From assembly GCF_007923255.1 (NCBI RefSeq), contig NZ_VOHJ01000007.1:30462-62461 (forward strand): a DNA stretch of 32,000 nucleotides. The letters run 5' to 3'. The notes beneath the pieces were generated by a model. It did no database searches, had not been told where the DNA came from, and saw nothing but the letters and a program-made list of their open reading frames with translations. The DNA comes from Vulcaniibacterium thermophilum (GTDB lineage: Bacteria > Pseudomonadota > Gammaproteobacteria > Xanthomonadales > Xanthomonadaceae). A program made the position numbers and the translations under genes. This document shows positions 9,185 through 18,178 of this stretch, piece by piece; position 1 is the stretch's first letter, and every line of letters starts with the position of its first letter.

Positions 9185-9568
9185 ATGAACACCAAGCTCT
9201 TCGTGCTCGTCGCCGCTGCCGCGCTCGCGCTGTCGGCCTGCAAGAACGAGACCCCGACCGCCCAGAGCGAGGCCAACGAGGCCGAAGCCTCCGCGCAGCA
9301 GGCGGCCGACGCCGCCGCCCAGGCCGCCGATGCCGCGGGCAACGCCGCCGCCGAGGGCGCCGAGGCCGCGGCCGCCGCCACGGGCGAGGCGGTGGGCGAG
9401 GCCGCGCAGAACGTCGACGAGGCCACCGACCAGGCCCAGGCCGCCGCCGCCGAAGCGGCTGCGGGCGCCGCCAACGCCACCGCCGAAGCCGCGCAGAACG
9501 TCGCCAACAAGGCGGAGAACGCCGCCGAGAAGGCCGAAGCGAAGGCCGAAGAAGAGAAGAAGGACTGA
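9185..9568 (+). CDS. Small Ala/Glu-rich lipoprotein (paralogue 2)
   Basis: Track ORF 9158..9568 trimmed to ATG 9185, which follows a GGAG Shine-Dalgarno. Signal peptide plus lipobox [19 protein letters not shown]. Ala-rich low-complexity mature region ending in KAEEEKKD. Same architecture as 8684..9037. Confidence 0.75.
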   Translation: MNTKLFVLVAAAALALSACKNETPTAQSEANEAEASAQQAADAAAQAADAAGNAAAEGAEAAAAATGEAVGEAAQNVDEATDQAQAAAAEAAAGAANATAEAAQNVANKAENAAEKAEAKAEEEKKD

Positions 9569-9586
9569 CGTCCCCGCAGCACGCAC

Positions 9587-9616
9587 GAAGGCCCGCGCAA
9601 GCGGGCCTTCTTTTTT
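9587..9616 (+). terminator. Rho-independent terminator after lipoprotein 2
   Basis: Perfect 10-bp stem GAAGGCCCGC (9587-9596), tetraloop GCAA, stem GCGGGCCTTC (9601-9610), followed by TTTTTT (9611-9616). Confidence 0.85.
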
Positions 9617-9692
9617 CGCCCTCTGGTCCGCGATATTGGCCGCGCGCGCACTCTGTGGTCTTATGCGCGGCCCGACCCGACACGCATCGACC

Positions 9693-11303
9693 ATGCCGAT
9701 CCTCGCCTCGCAGATCGATCCGCGTTCCCAGGATTTCCGGGACAACGCCGCCTACCACCGCGCGCTCGTCGAGGAGCTCGAGGCGCGGCTCGCGCGCGCC
9801 GCGCAGGGCGGCGGCGAGAAGGCGCGCGCCAAGCACACCGAGCGCGGCAAGCTGCTGGTGCGCGACCGCATCACCGCCCTCCTCGATCCCGGTTCGCCCT
9901 TCCTCGAGATCGCGCCGCTCGCGGCCGAGGGCATGTACGACGACCAGGCGCCCGCGGCCGGCATCGTCTGCGGCATCGGCCGGGTGATTGGGCAGGAAGT
10001 GGTGGTGGTCGCCAACGACGCCACCGTCAAGGGCGGCACCTACTTCCCGATGACGGTGAAGAAGCACCTGCGCGCGCAGGAGATCGCGCGCGAGAACCGC
10101 CTGCCCTGCGTCTACCTGGTCGATTCCGGCGGCGCGTTCCTGCCGCTGCAGGACGAAGTGTTTCCGGACAAGGAGCACTTCGGCCGCATCTTCTACAACC
10201 AGGCGCGGCTGAGCGCGGAGAACATCCCGCAGATCGCGGTGGTGATGGGCTCCTGCACCGCGGGAGGCGCGTACGTGCCGGCGATGTGCGACGAGAGCGT
10301 GATCGTCAAGGAACAGGGCACGATCTTCCTCGGCGGCCCGCCGCTGGTGAAGGCGGCGACCGGCGAGGTGGTGGACGCCGAGGCGCTCGGCGGCGCCGAC
10401 GTGCACACCAGCGTGTCCGGCGTGGCCGACCACTTCGCCGAGGACGATCGGCATGCGCTCGCGATCGCGCGCGAGATCGTCGGCCATCTCAACCGGCGCA
10501 AGCAGCCGCCGGTGGCGATCCGCGAGGCGCGCGAACCGCTCTACCCGGCCGAGGAGCTGTACGGCATCGTGCCGAAGGACATGCGCCGGCCGTTCGACAT
10601 CCGCGAGGTGATCGCGCGCATCGTCGACGGCAGCGAGTTGCAGGAATTCAAGGCGCGCTACGGCAAGACGCTGGTCACCGGCTTCGCGCACATCCACGGC
10701 TACCCGGTCGGCATCGTCGCCAACAACGGCATCCTGTTCTCCGAGAGCGCGCTCAAGGGCGCGCACTTCATCGAGCTGTGCAACCAGCGCGGCATCCCGT
10801 TGGTGTTCCTGCAGAACATCACCGGCTTCATGGTGGGCCGCAAGTACGAGAACGCCGGCATCGCCAAGGACGGGGCCAAGATGGTGACCGCGGTGGCGTG
10901 CTCGCACGTGCCGAAGTTCACCGTGGTGATCGGCGGCAGCTTCGGCGCCGGCAACTACGCGATGTGCGGCCGCGCGTACGGCGCGCGCTTCCTGTGGATG
11001 TGGCCGAACGCGCGCATCTCGGTGATGGGCGGCGAGCAGGCGGCGAGCGTGCTCGCCACCGTCAAGCGCGATGCGCTGGAAGCCGCCGGCAAGACCTGGA
11101 GCGCGGAGGAGGAAGAGGCGTTCAAGGCGCCGATCCGCGAGCAGTACGAGACGCAGGGCAATCCGTACTATGCCACCGCGCGGCTGTGGGACGACGGCAT
11201 CATCGACCCGGCCGACACGCGCCGGGTGCTGGGCCTTGCCCTGTCGGCCGCGCTCAACGCGCCGATCGAAGGGCCGTCGCGCTTCGGGGTGTTCCGCATG
11301 TGA
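9693..11303 (+). CDS. liuB: Methylcrotonyl-CoA carboxylase beta subunit (carboxyltransferase; LiuB/MccB)
   Basis: 536 aa from ATG 9693. The upstream part of track ORF 9330.. overlaps the lipoprotein gene and terminator. Two-domain carboxyltransferase with stretches such as [38 protein letters not shown] and [15 protein letters not shown]. Confidence 0.9.
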   Translation: MPILASQIDPRSQDFRDNAAYHRALVEELEARLARAAQGGGEKARAKHTERGKLLVRDRITALLDPGSPFLEIAPLAAEGMYDDQAPAAGIVCGIGRVIGQEVVVVANDATVKGGTYFPMTVKKHLRAQEIARENRLPCVYLVDSGGAFLPLQDEVFPDKEHFGRIFYNQARLSAENIPQIAVVMGSCTAGGAYVPAMCDESVIVKEQGTIFLGGPPLVKAATGEVVDAEALGGADVHTSVSGVADHFAEDDRHALAIAREIVGHLNRRKQPPVAIREAREPLYPAEELYGIVPKDMRRPFDIREVIARIVDGSELQEFKARYGKTLVTGFAHIHGYPVGIVANNGILFSESALKGAHFIELCNQRGIPLVFLQNITGFMVGRKYENAGIAKDGAKMVTAVACSHVPKFTVVIGGSFGAGNYAMCGRAYGARFLWMWPNARISVMGGEQAASVLATVKRDALEAAGKTWSAEEEEAFKAPIREQYETQGNPYYATARLWDDGIIDPADTRRVLGLALSAALNAPIEGPSRFGVFRM

Positions 11304-11520
11304 CCTGGCGGTGGCGGCCGGCGCGGGGCCGGGCCGCACCGCAGCGGGGGCGCCACAGGCGACGACCGCGCGTCCACCCGGCCGTGCGGTCGAGTACCGG
11401 CGCGCCAAACGTGATCGCCCGATGAACGTCGGGCCCGCGGCGCGGAGGAACGGCGACCGCCGTCCCAACCGCGCATGGCCGCGCTGCTAGCCTCGACGGA
11501 CGCTCCCTCACGAGACCGTC

Positions 11521-12054
11521 ATGGCCATCTTCAATCCCCCGTCGAACCCGAAGAAGGACGCCGCCCCCGCCCCGCCCGCCAGCGCGCTGCCCAGGGAACC
11601 GGACCCGCGCACCGAGATCGGGTTCGGCCCGCCCGTCGCCGCGCCGCCGGGACCTTCGGCCGCGCCCGCCGCGACCGCGCGCGCCGCCGAGCCGGCCGCC
11701 AAGGAATCGCTGATCGCCGCGGACCTGACCATCGAGGGCCGGATCCAGGGCGCCGGGCATGTGCGCATCGCCGGACGGTTCAAGGGCGACATCACGGTCG
11801 ACGGCGACCTGACCATCGAGGTGGGCGCCAAGGTCGACGGCGGCGTGCGCGCGCGCCGCGTCACCGTGGCGGGCGAGCTGGAAGGCAACGTCGAAAGCGC
11901 GCAGCGCGTCGAGCTGCTGGAGACCGGCGTGATCGCCGGCGACGTCAAGGCCGGCACGGTGGTGGTCGCCTCCGGCGCGCGCATGCGCGGTCACGTCGAG
12001 TTCGGCTGGGAAGACGGCGCGCCCGCAAGGCCGGAGCACGGCAGCCGCGAATGA
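11521..12054 (+). CDS. Bactofilin (DUF583 polymer-forming cytoskeletal protein)
   Basis: 177 aa. A Pro/Ala-rich N-terminal tail is followed by bactofilin beta-helix repeats (IEGRIQGAGHVRIAGRFKGDITVDGDLTIEVGAKVDGGVRARRVTVAGELEGNVES...GVIAGDVKAGTVVVASGARMRGHVEF). Confidence 0.85.
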   Translation: MAIFNPPSNPKKDAAPAPPASALPREPDPRTEIGFGPPVAAPPGPSAAPAATARAAEPAAKESLIAADLTIEGRIQGAGHVRIAGRFKGDITVDGDLTIEVGAKVDGGVRARRVTVAGELEGNVESAQRVELLETGVIAGDVKAGTVVVASGARMRGHVEFGWEDGAPARPEHGSRE

Positions 12055-12416
12055 ACGCCGGACGCACCGCCGCGCCCGGCGCCACGCGCGTGTGTCCGCA
12101 TTGCCGGGCGACGATCCTGGAGAGCGCGGCGGTGTGTCCGGCCTGCCGGCATCACCTGCGCTTCGAGGATGCCGCCGCCCGCACCGCCGCCCGGCGCACG
12201 ACGCCGCTTCAGGTGGAAGGCACGCTGTGCGGCCCGTCCGGCGAGCGGGCGTGGGAGTACACCGTGGTGGTGGCGATCCGCGACGAGCGCGGCGAGGAGA
12301 TCGCGCGCCACGTGGTGGGCGTGGGCGCGCTGGCGGAGGGCGAATCGCGCACCTTCTCGCTGGGCGTGGAGGCGGTCGAAGTGGCGGCGCCGGCGCGGGT
12401 GCGACGCCGGCGGTGA
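12051..12416 (+). CDS. Zinc-ribbon protein with C-terminal beta-rich domain, coupled to bactofilin
   Basis: 121 aa in the frame of track ORF 11475..12416. ATG 12051 overlaps the bactofilin stop (ATGA). CPHC-x10-CPAC zinc ribbon, then a roughly 70-aa beta-rich segment (WEYTVVVAIRDERGEEIARHVVGVGALAEGESRTFSLGVEA) and an Arg-rich tail. Family not assigned. Confidence 0.6.
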   Translation: MNAGRTAAPGATRVCPHCRATILESAAVCPACRHHLRFEDAAARTAARRTTPLQVEGTLCGPSGERAWEYTVVVAIRDERGEEIARHVVGVGALAEGESRTFSLGVEAVEVAAPARVRRRR

Positions 12417-12442
12417 GCGCGGCGGGCCTCGCCCGGCCGCGC
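12417..12442. terminator. GC-rich hairpin between convergent genes (possible bidirectional terminator)
   Basis: GCGCGGCGGGC (12417-12427), loop CTC, GCCCGGCCGCGC (12431-12442) with one bulged G. No U-tract, so this is weak evidence. Confidence 0.25.
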
Positions 12443-12463
12443 GGCACGCGCTCCGGGGCCCGC

Positions 12464-13519
12464 TCAGCCCCCGAACGCCGCGCGCATCGCCGCCTCGTCG
12501 GGACGTTCGATCACCCCGCGCTCGGTGACGATGGCGTCGATCAGCGTGTGCGGCGTCACGTCGAACACCGGATTCCAGGCGCCGACCCGCTCGGCCGCCG
12601 TACGCACGCCGCCCAGCGAGAACAGCTCGGCGGCATCGCGCTCCTCGATGTGGATGGCGTCGCCGTCGGGGGTGTGCATGTCGACCGTTGACGAAGGCGC
12701 CACCACCATGAAACGCACGCCGTGGTGACGCGCGGCGATCGCGAGCTGGTAGGTGCCGATCTTGTTGGCGGTATCGCCGTTGGCGCAGATGCGGTCGGCG
12801 CCGACGATCACCCACCGCACCGCGCCGGTCTTCATCAGGTGGGACGCGGCGGCGTCGGCGATCAGCACCGGCGCGATGCCGTCCTGCTGCAGCTCCCAGA
12901 CCGTCAGCCGCGCGCCCTGCAGCCACGGCCGCGTCTCGCCCGCGTACACGCGCTCGATGCGGCCCTGCGCCACGCCGGCGCGGATCACGCCGAGCGCGGT
13001 GCCGAAGCCGGCGGTGGCCAGCGAGCCGGTGTTGCAGTGGGTGAGCACGCCGCTGCCGGGTTCGATCAGCGCCGCGCCGAGCGCGCCCATGCGGCGGTTG
13101 GCGGCGAGATCCTCCTCGGCGATCGCCTGCGCCTCGCGCTCGAGCACGCCGCGCCAGTCGGCGCCCGCGCCCTGCAGCGCGCGCCGCATGCGGGCGAGCG
13201 CCCACGCCAGATTCACCGCGGTGGGCCGCGCCGCGTTGAGGCGCTGCATCGCCGGTTCCAGCGCGACCGCCGCCTGCGCGCCGTCGGCGGCCTCCACGCG
13301 GCGCGCGGCCAGCACCACGCCCCAGGCCGCGGCGATGCCGATCGCCGGCGCGCCGCGCACCACCAACTGACGGATCGCCTCGGCGACGCCGTCGCTGTCC
13401 TCGTAGCGCAGATGCTTCACCTCGAACGGCAGCGTGCGCTGGTCCAGCAGTTCGAGGGCCTCGCCCGTCCAGCGGATCGGGCGGATGCGGTCGTAGCGGT
13501 CGAAATCGAAAGCGTCCAT
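12464..13519 (-). CDS. mtnA: S-methyl-5-thioribose-1-phosphate isomerase
   Basis: 351 aa from ATG at 13519. The track ORF extension to 14080 overlaps the DUF3011 gene and is Arg/Ala-rich junk. MtnA/eIF-2B-like hallmarks: [74 protein letters not shown]. Confidence 0.9.
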   Translation of the reverse strand: MDAFDFDRYDRIRPIRWTGEALELLDQRTLPFEVKHLRYEDSDGVAEAIRQLVVRGAPAIGIAAAWGVVLAARRVEAADGAQAAVALEPAMQRLNAARPTAVNLAWALARMRRALQGAGADWRGVLEREAQAIAEEDLAANRRMGALGAALIEPGSGVLTHCNTGSLATAGFGTALGVIRAGVAQGRIERVYAGETRPWLQGARLTVWELQQDGIAPVLIADAAASHLMKTGAVRWVIVGADRICANGDTANKIGTYQLAIAARHHGVRFMVVAPSSTVDMHTPDGDAIHIEERDAAELFSLGGVRTAAERVGAWNPVFDVTPHTLIDAIVTERGVIERPDEAAMRAAFGG

Positions 13520-13577
13520 CGCGCCATTGTAGGCGCGTGCCTCCGTGCGCCCCGCGACGATGGACGCGGGCCGGCCG

Positions 13578-14357
13578 TCAGCGGTCTTCCTCGACCCAGG
13601 GGCCGCTCTCCTCCTCCGGCGCGCCCCACGGGCGGGGGTGGTCGTCGCGCCAGCCCCATCCGCCGCGCCGGCCGACCTCGAACTCGCCGCGGCAACCGTG
13701 ATCGACCCAGATCCCGCCGCGCTGCACGCCCCACGAGCGGCCTTCGATGCACGGGCTGCGCGAGAACTGCCGCACCAGCCGCACGCCGCCGCGGATATCG
13801 ACCGGACAGAAGCGCGAGCGGTTGTCGCCCGACTCGCAGCGCACCAGGCGCGCCGGTTCCTGCCAGCCGCGCCGCACGCGGAACTCGGCGCGGCAGCCGC
13901 CGGCGACCCAGACGCCGCGGCGGTCCTGGCCCCAGGTCTGGCCCTCGATGCACGGCGATGCGGAAAGCTGGCGCAGCAGGCGCACGCCGCCGCGGGCGCT
14001 GACCGGGCAATGCGTCCAGCGGTTGTTGCGCGACTCGCAACGCACCACGTCGCCGCCGCCCCAGCCCGGGGATCCGCCATAGCCGATCACGAACTCGGCG
14101 CGGCAGCCGTCGTCCACCCACACGCCGTCCCGGCGCACGCCCCAGGAGCGGCCTTCCACGCACGGCGTGTCCGACAGTTGGCGCGCCAGCCGCACGCCGC
14201 CGCGGGTGTCGGCGGGGCAGAAGCGCGAACGGTTGTCGTCGGACTCGCAGCGCACGACGTTCTCGCCGTAGTGCTGACCGGCGTACTGCGCGCGCGCGGC
14301 CGGCGCGCAGGCGGCCGCCGCGAACGTGGCGATCATCAGGACCCAAGCGGCACGCAT
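13578..14357 (-). CDS. Secreted Cys-rich DUF3011-type protein with three tandem modules
   Basis: 259 aa from ATG at 14357, preceded by a GGGAG Shine-Dalgarno. Signal peptide [23 protein letters not shown]. Three roughly 65-aa repeats of RCES..NR..CP....GGVRL.RQ.S..PC.EG..WG....G.WV..GCR.EF, then an acidic Trp/Pro-rich tail. Confidence 0.8.
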   Translation of the reverse strand: MRAAWVLMIATFAAAACAPAARAQYAGQHYGENVVRCESDDNRSRFCPADTRGGVRLARQLSDTPCVEGRSWGVRRDGVWVDDGCRAEFVIGYGGSPGWGGGDVVRCESRNNRWTHCPVSARGGVRLLRQLSASPCIEGQTWGQDRRGVWVAGGCRAEFRVRRGWQEPARLVRCESGDNRSRFCPVDIRGGVRLVRQFSRSPCIEGRSWGVQRGGIWVDHGCRGEFEVGRRGGWGWRDDHPRPWGAPEEESGPWVEEDR

Positions 14358-14463
14358 CGTCGTCGCTCCCAGGTTGGACACCGCCGAATCTAGCCCGTGC
14401 AAATGAACCCCGTCCGAAAACTTCACGGGCGGGTAACGCGCGTGCAGTCGCCGTTCACCCGGC

Positions 14464-15465
14464 TCAGGCGCGGTCGAACGCGAAGGCAAGCACGTCGGCG
14501 ATGCGGTCGGTGTCCAGCATCGCCATCAGCAGGCGGTCGACGCCGAGCGCGACCCCCGCACAGGCCGGCATGCCCGCTTCCAGCGCGGCCAGCAGACGCT
14601 CGTCCTGCGGCGGCGCAACATGACCGCGCGCCAGACGCGTGGCGCGGTCGCGCTCGAAGCGCGCGCGTTGCTCGGCCGCATCGAGCAGCTCGTGATAACC
14701 GTTGGCGAGTTCCAGCGGACCGAGGTAGAGCTCGAAACGCTCGGCGACCGGCGGATCGCCGTGGCGGATACGCGCCAGCGCGCATTGCGAAGCGGGGTAG
14801 TCGATCACCGCCAGCAGTTGCTCGCGCGGGAACGCCGGCTGGATGCGATGGGTCATCAGCAGGTCGAGCCAGTCGTCGCGGGCCAGTCCGTCGGGATCGA
14901 TGCGGACGTCGCCGAGCGCCGCGCGCAGTTCGGCTTCGCTGGCGGTGAAGGGGTCGAGGCCGAGTGCGTCGCGGTAGAGATCGCGGAACGTGGTCTCGCG
15001 CAGGCGAGCCTCGCGCCCGACCAGCGCCAGCGCGGCCTGCACCAGTTCGGCGGTCTCGCGCGCCAGCCGGCGGTGGTCCCAGCCGACGCGGTACCACTCC
15101 AGCATGGTGAACTCGGGGTTGTGCCGGCCGCCGGCCTCGCCGTCGCGGAACACGCGGCCCAGCTCGTAGCAGTCGCCGATGCCGGCGGCGAGCAGACGCT
15201 TGAGCGCGAACTCCGGCGAGGTGCGCAGCCAGCGCGTGCGCGGCGCGCCGTCGGTGCGACCGGAGAACTCCAGCGAGAACGAGGCGATGTTGGGGTCGGT
15301 GTTGCCGGCCATCGACAGGACCGGCGTCTCCACTTCCAGCACGCCGCGTCGGGCGAAGAAGTCGCGGATCGACGCGTTGAGGCGGGCGCGCAGGCGGAGC
15401 GCTTCGACGGGCGCCGAGGGGCGCCAGTCGGCGGGCGGTGCGTCGCCGGCGCTTGTCCCCCTCAC
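14464..15465 (-). CDS. epmA: Elongation factor P--(R)-beta-lysine ligase (EpmA/PoxA/GenX); start uncertain
   Basis: Collinear with E. coli EpmA from DWRPSAPVEALRLRARLNASIRDFFARRGVLEVETPVLS onward. Class-II aaRS motifs FRDGEAGGRHNPEFTMLEWY and GVALGVDRLLM. There is no stop upstream in this frame. The preferred start is GTG at 15465, preceded by GGAGAGGG, both inside a REP arm. The alternative is ATG at 15585. Confidence 0.85.
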   Translation of the reverse strand: MRGTSAGDAPPADWRPSAPVEALRLRARLNASIRDFFARRGVLEVETPVLSMAGNTDPNIASFSLEFSGRTDGAPRTRWLRTSPEFALKRLLAAGIGDCYELGRVFRDGEAGGRHNPEFTMLEWYRVGWDHRRLARETAELVQAALALVGREARLRETTFRDLYRDALGLDPFTASEAELRAALGDVRIDPDGLARDDWLDLLMTHRIQPAFPREQLLAVIDYPASQCALARIRHGDPPVAERFELYLGPLELANGYHELLDAAEQRARFERDRATRLARGHVAPPQDERLLAALEAGMPACAGVALGVDRLLMAMLDTDRIADVLAFAFDRA

Positions 15466-15645
15466 CCCGGCCCTCTCCCCCGCAAGCGGGGGAGAGGGGG
15501 ACGAAGCGGCGAGGCGAGAAGACGAAACGTCGCTGGCGCTTGCCCCCCTCACCCCAGAGGAGCCTTCAAAGCACTCGCGTTCCATGCGACGCCCGCCGTA
15601 TCCCCCTCTCCCCCGCTTGCGGGGGAGAGGGCCGGGGTGAGGGGG
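15457..15645. repeat. 189-bp REP/MITE-like unit: two 45-bp perfectly inverted arms flanking a 99-bp core
   Basis: Arm A (15457-15501) ccccctcaccccggccctctcccccgcaagcgggggagaggggga is the exact reverse complement of arm B (15601-15645). Each arm contains its own 11-bp-stem palindrome (ccctctccccc gcaagc gggggagaggg). A partial third copy, cccccctcacccc, lies at 15543-15555. Confidence 0.9.
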
Positions 15646-15648
15646 GCG

Positions 15649-15972
15649 CGCCTGCAAGGCGCGCCAGATCGCATCGACCACCGCCTCCGGGTGCTGCAAC
15701 ACCTCGTGATCCCAGAAGCGCAGCACCCGCCATCCAGCCGCTTCAAGCCGCGCGGTACGTCGGCGATCGGCCGCCGCATGGCCAGCCTCCGCATGCTGTC
15801 CACCGTCGAGCTCCACTGCGAGCGCCCTTTCGACGCAAGCGAAATCGAGGATGAAGCCCAACGCGCGGTGCTGCCGCCGGAACTTCGCGCCAAGCTGATG
15901 GTTGCGCAGATGCCGCCACAGCAGTGCCTCGGCGTCGGTCTGTTCCTTGCGCAATCGTCTGGCGTGATCCAT
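15649..15972 (-). CDS. DUF559 (Vsr-like) endonuclease-domain ORF; 3' end undefined because it has no stop before epmA
   Basis: ATG at 15972, 20 nt after the ligA stop, with GAGG/GGGAG upstream. The 108-aa domain is MDHARRLRKEQTDAEALLWRHLRNHQLGAKFRRQHRALGFILDFACVERALAVELDGGQH...WRVLRFWDHEVL. Coordinates cover the recognisable domain only. The frame continues open through the REP unit into epmA. Confidence 0.7.
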
Positions 15973-15992
15973 CTCCCTCGCCTCGGCCGGAT

Positions 15993-18086
<2,094 letters not shown>

Positions 18087-18178
18087 TTAACGCGGGCCGC
18101 GCACCCTCGGGTCGGCCCCAGGTGGCCGCGGCGCGTGCGGCGGGCGAGCCTGAGCGCGGAAGCGACGGAGTCGAGGCC

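Noticed and set aside
9330-9692. Long N-terminal extension of MCCase beta (the track's 657-aa version), and similar extensions at 1411, 5068, 25399, 26594, 26521, 28775 and 30941
   Set aside because: The extensions overlap upstream genes or terminators, are Arg/Pro-rich, and precede the point where family homology clearly begins. Internal ATGs were chosen.
8577-11468. 963-aa minus-strand ORF (plus the 372-aa and 201-aa minus-strand ORFs over the lipoprotein genes)
   Set aside because: It is antisense to MCCase beta and the two lipoprotein genes and contains long poly-Arg/Pro runs. The plus-strand genes have Shine-Dalgarno sequences, signal peptides and terminators.
12051-12416. Interpreting the zinc-ribbon protein as a zinc-binding anti-sigma factor
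   Set aside because: There is no adjacent ECF sigma gene, no HxxxCxxC anti-sigma motif and no transmembrane segment. Coupling is to bactofilin instead.
13520-14080. N-terminal extension of the mtnA ORF (the track's 538-aa version)
   Set aside because: MtnA homology begins at [17 protein letters not shown] (ATG 13519). The extension is Ala/Arg/Ser-rich and overlaps the DUF3011 gene on the same strand in another frame.
15457-15645. Possible CRISPR array, given repeated 40-45-bp GC-rich palindromic units here and at 20757-21012
   Set aside because: The copies are in inverted rather than direct orientation, there are only two perfect copies, spacing is irregular, and there are no cas genes. The pattern fits REP/MITE-type repeats.
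15649-15972. Calling the DUF559 ORF plus REP unit a mobile element or homing endonuclease
   Set aside because: There is no transposase or RAYT gene, no target-site duplication visible at the REP flanks, and no intein or intron context. I kept it as a DUF559 CDS plus repeat only.
18122-18178. GTG start at 18122 for the toxin gene (the track's 453-aa version)
   Set aside because: ATG 18179 has a GGAG upstream. The 19 extra residues (MAAARAAGEPERGSDGVEA) add nothing recognisable and shrink the divergent ligA promoter region. This remains uncertain.
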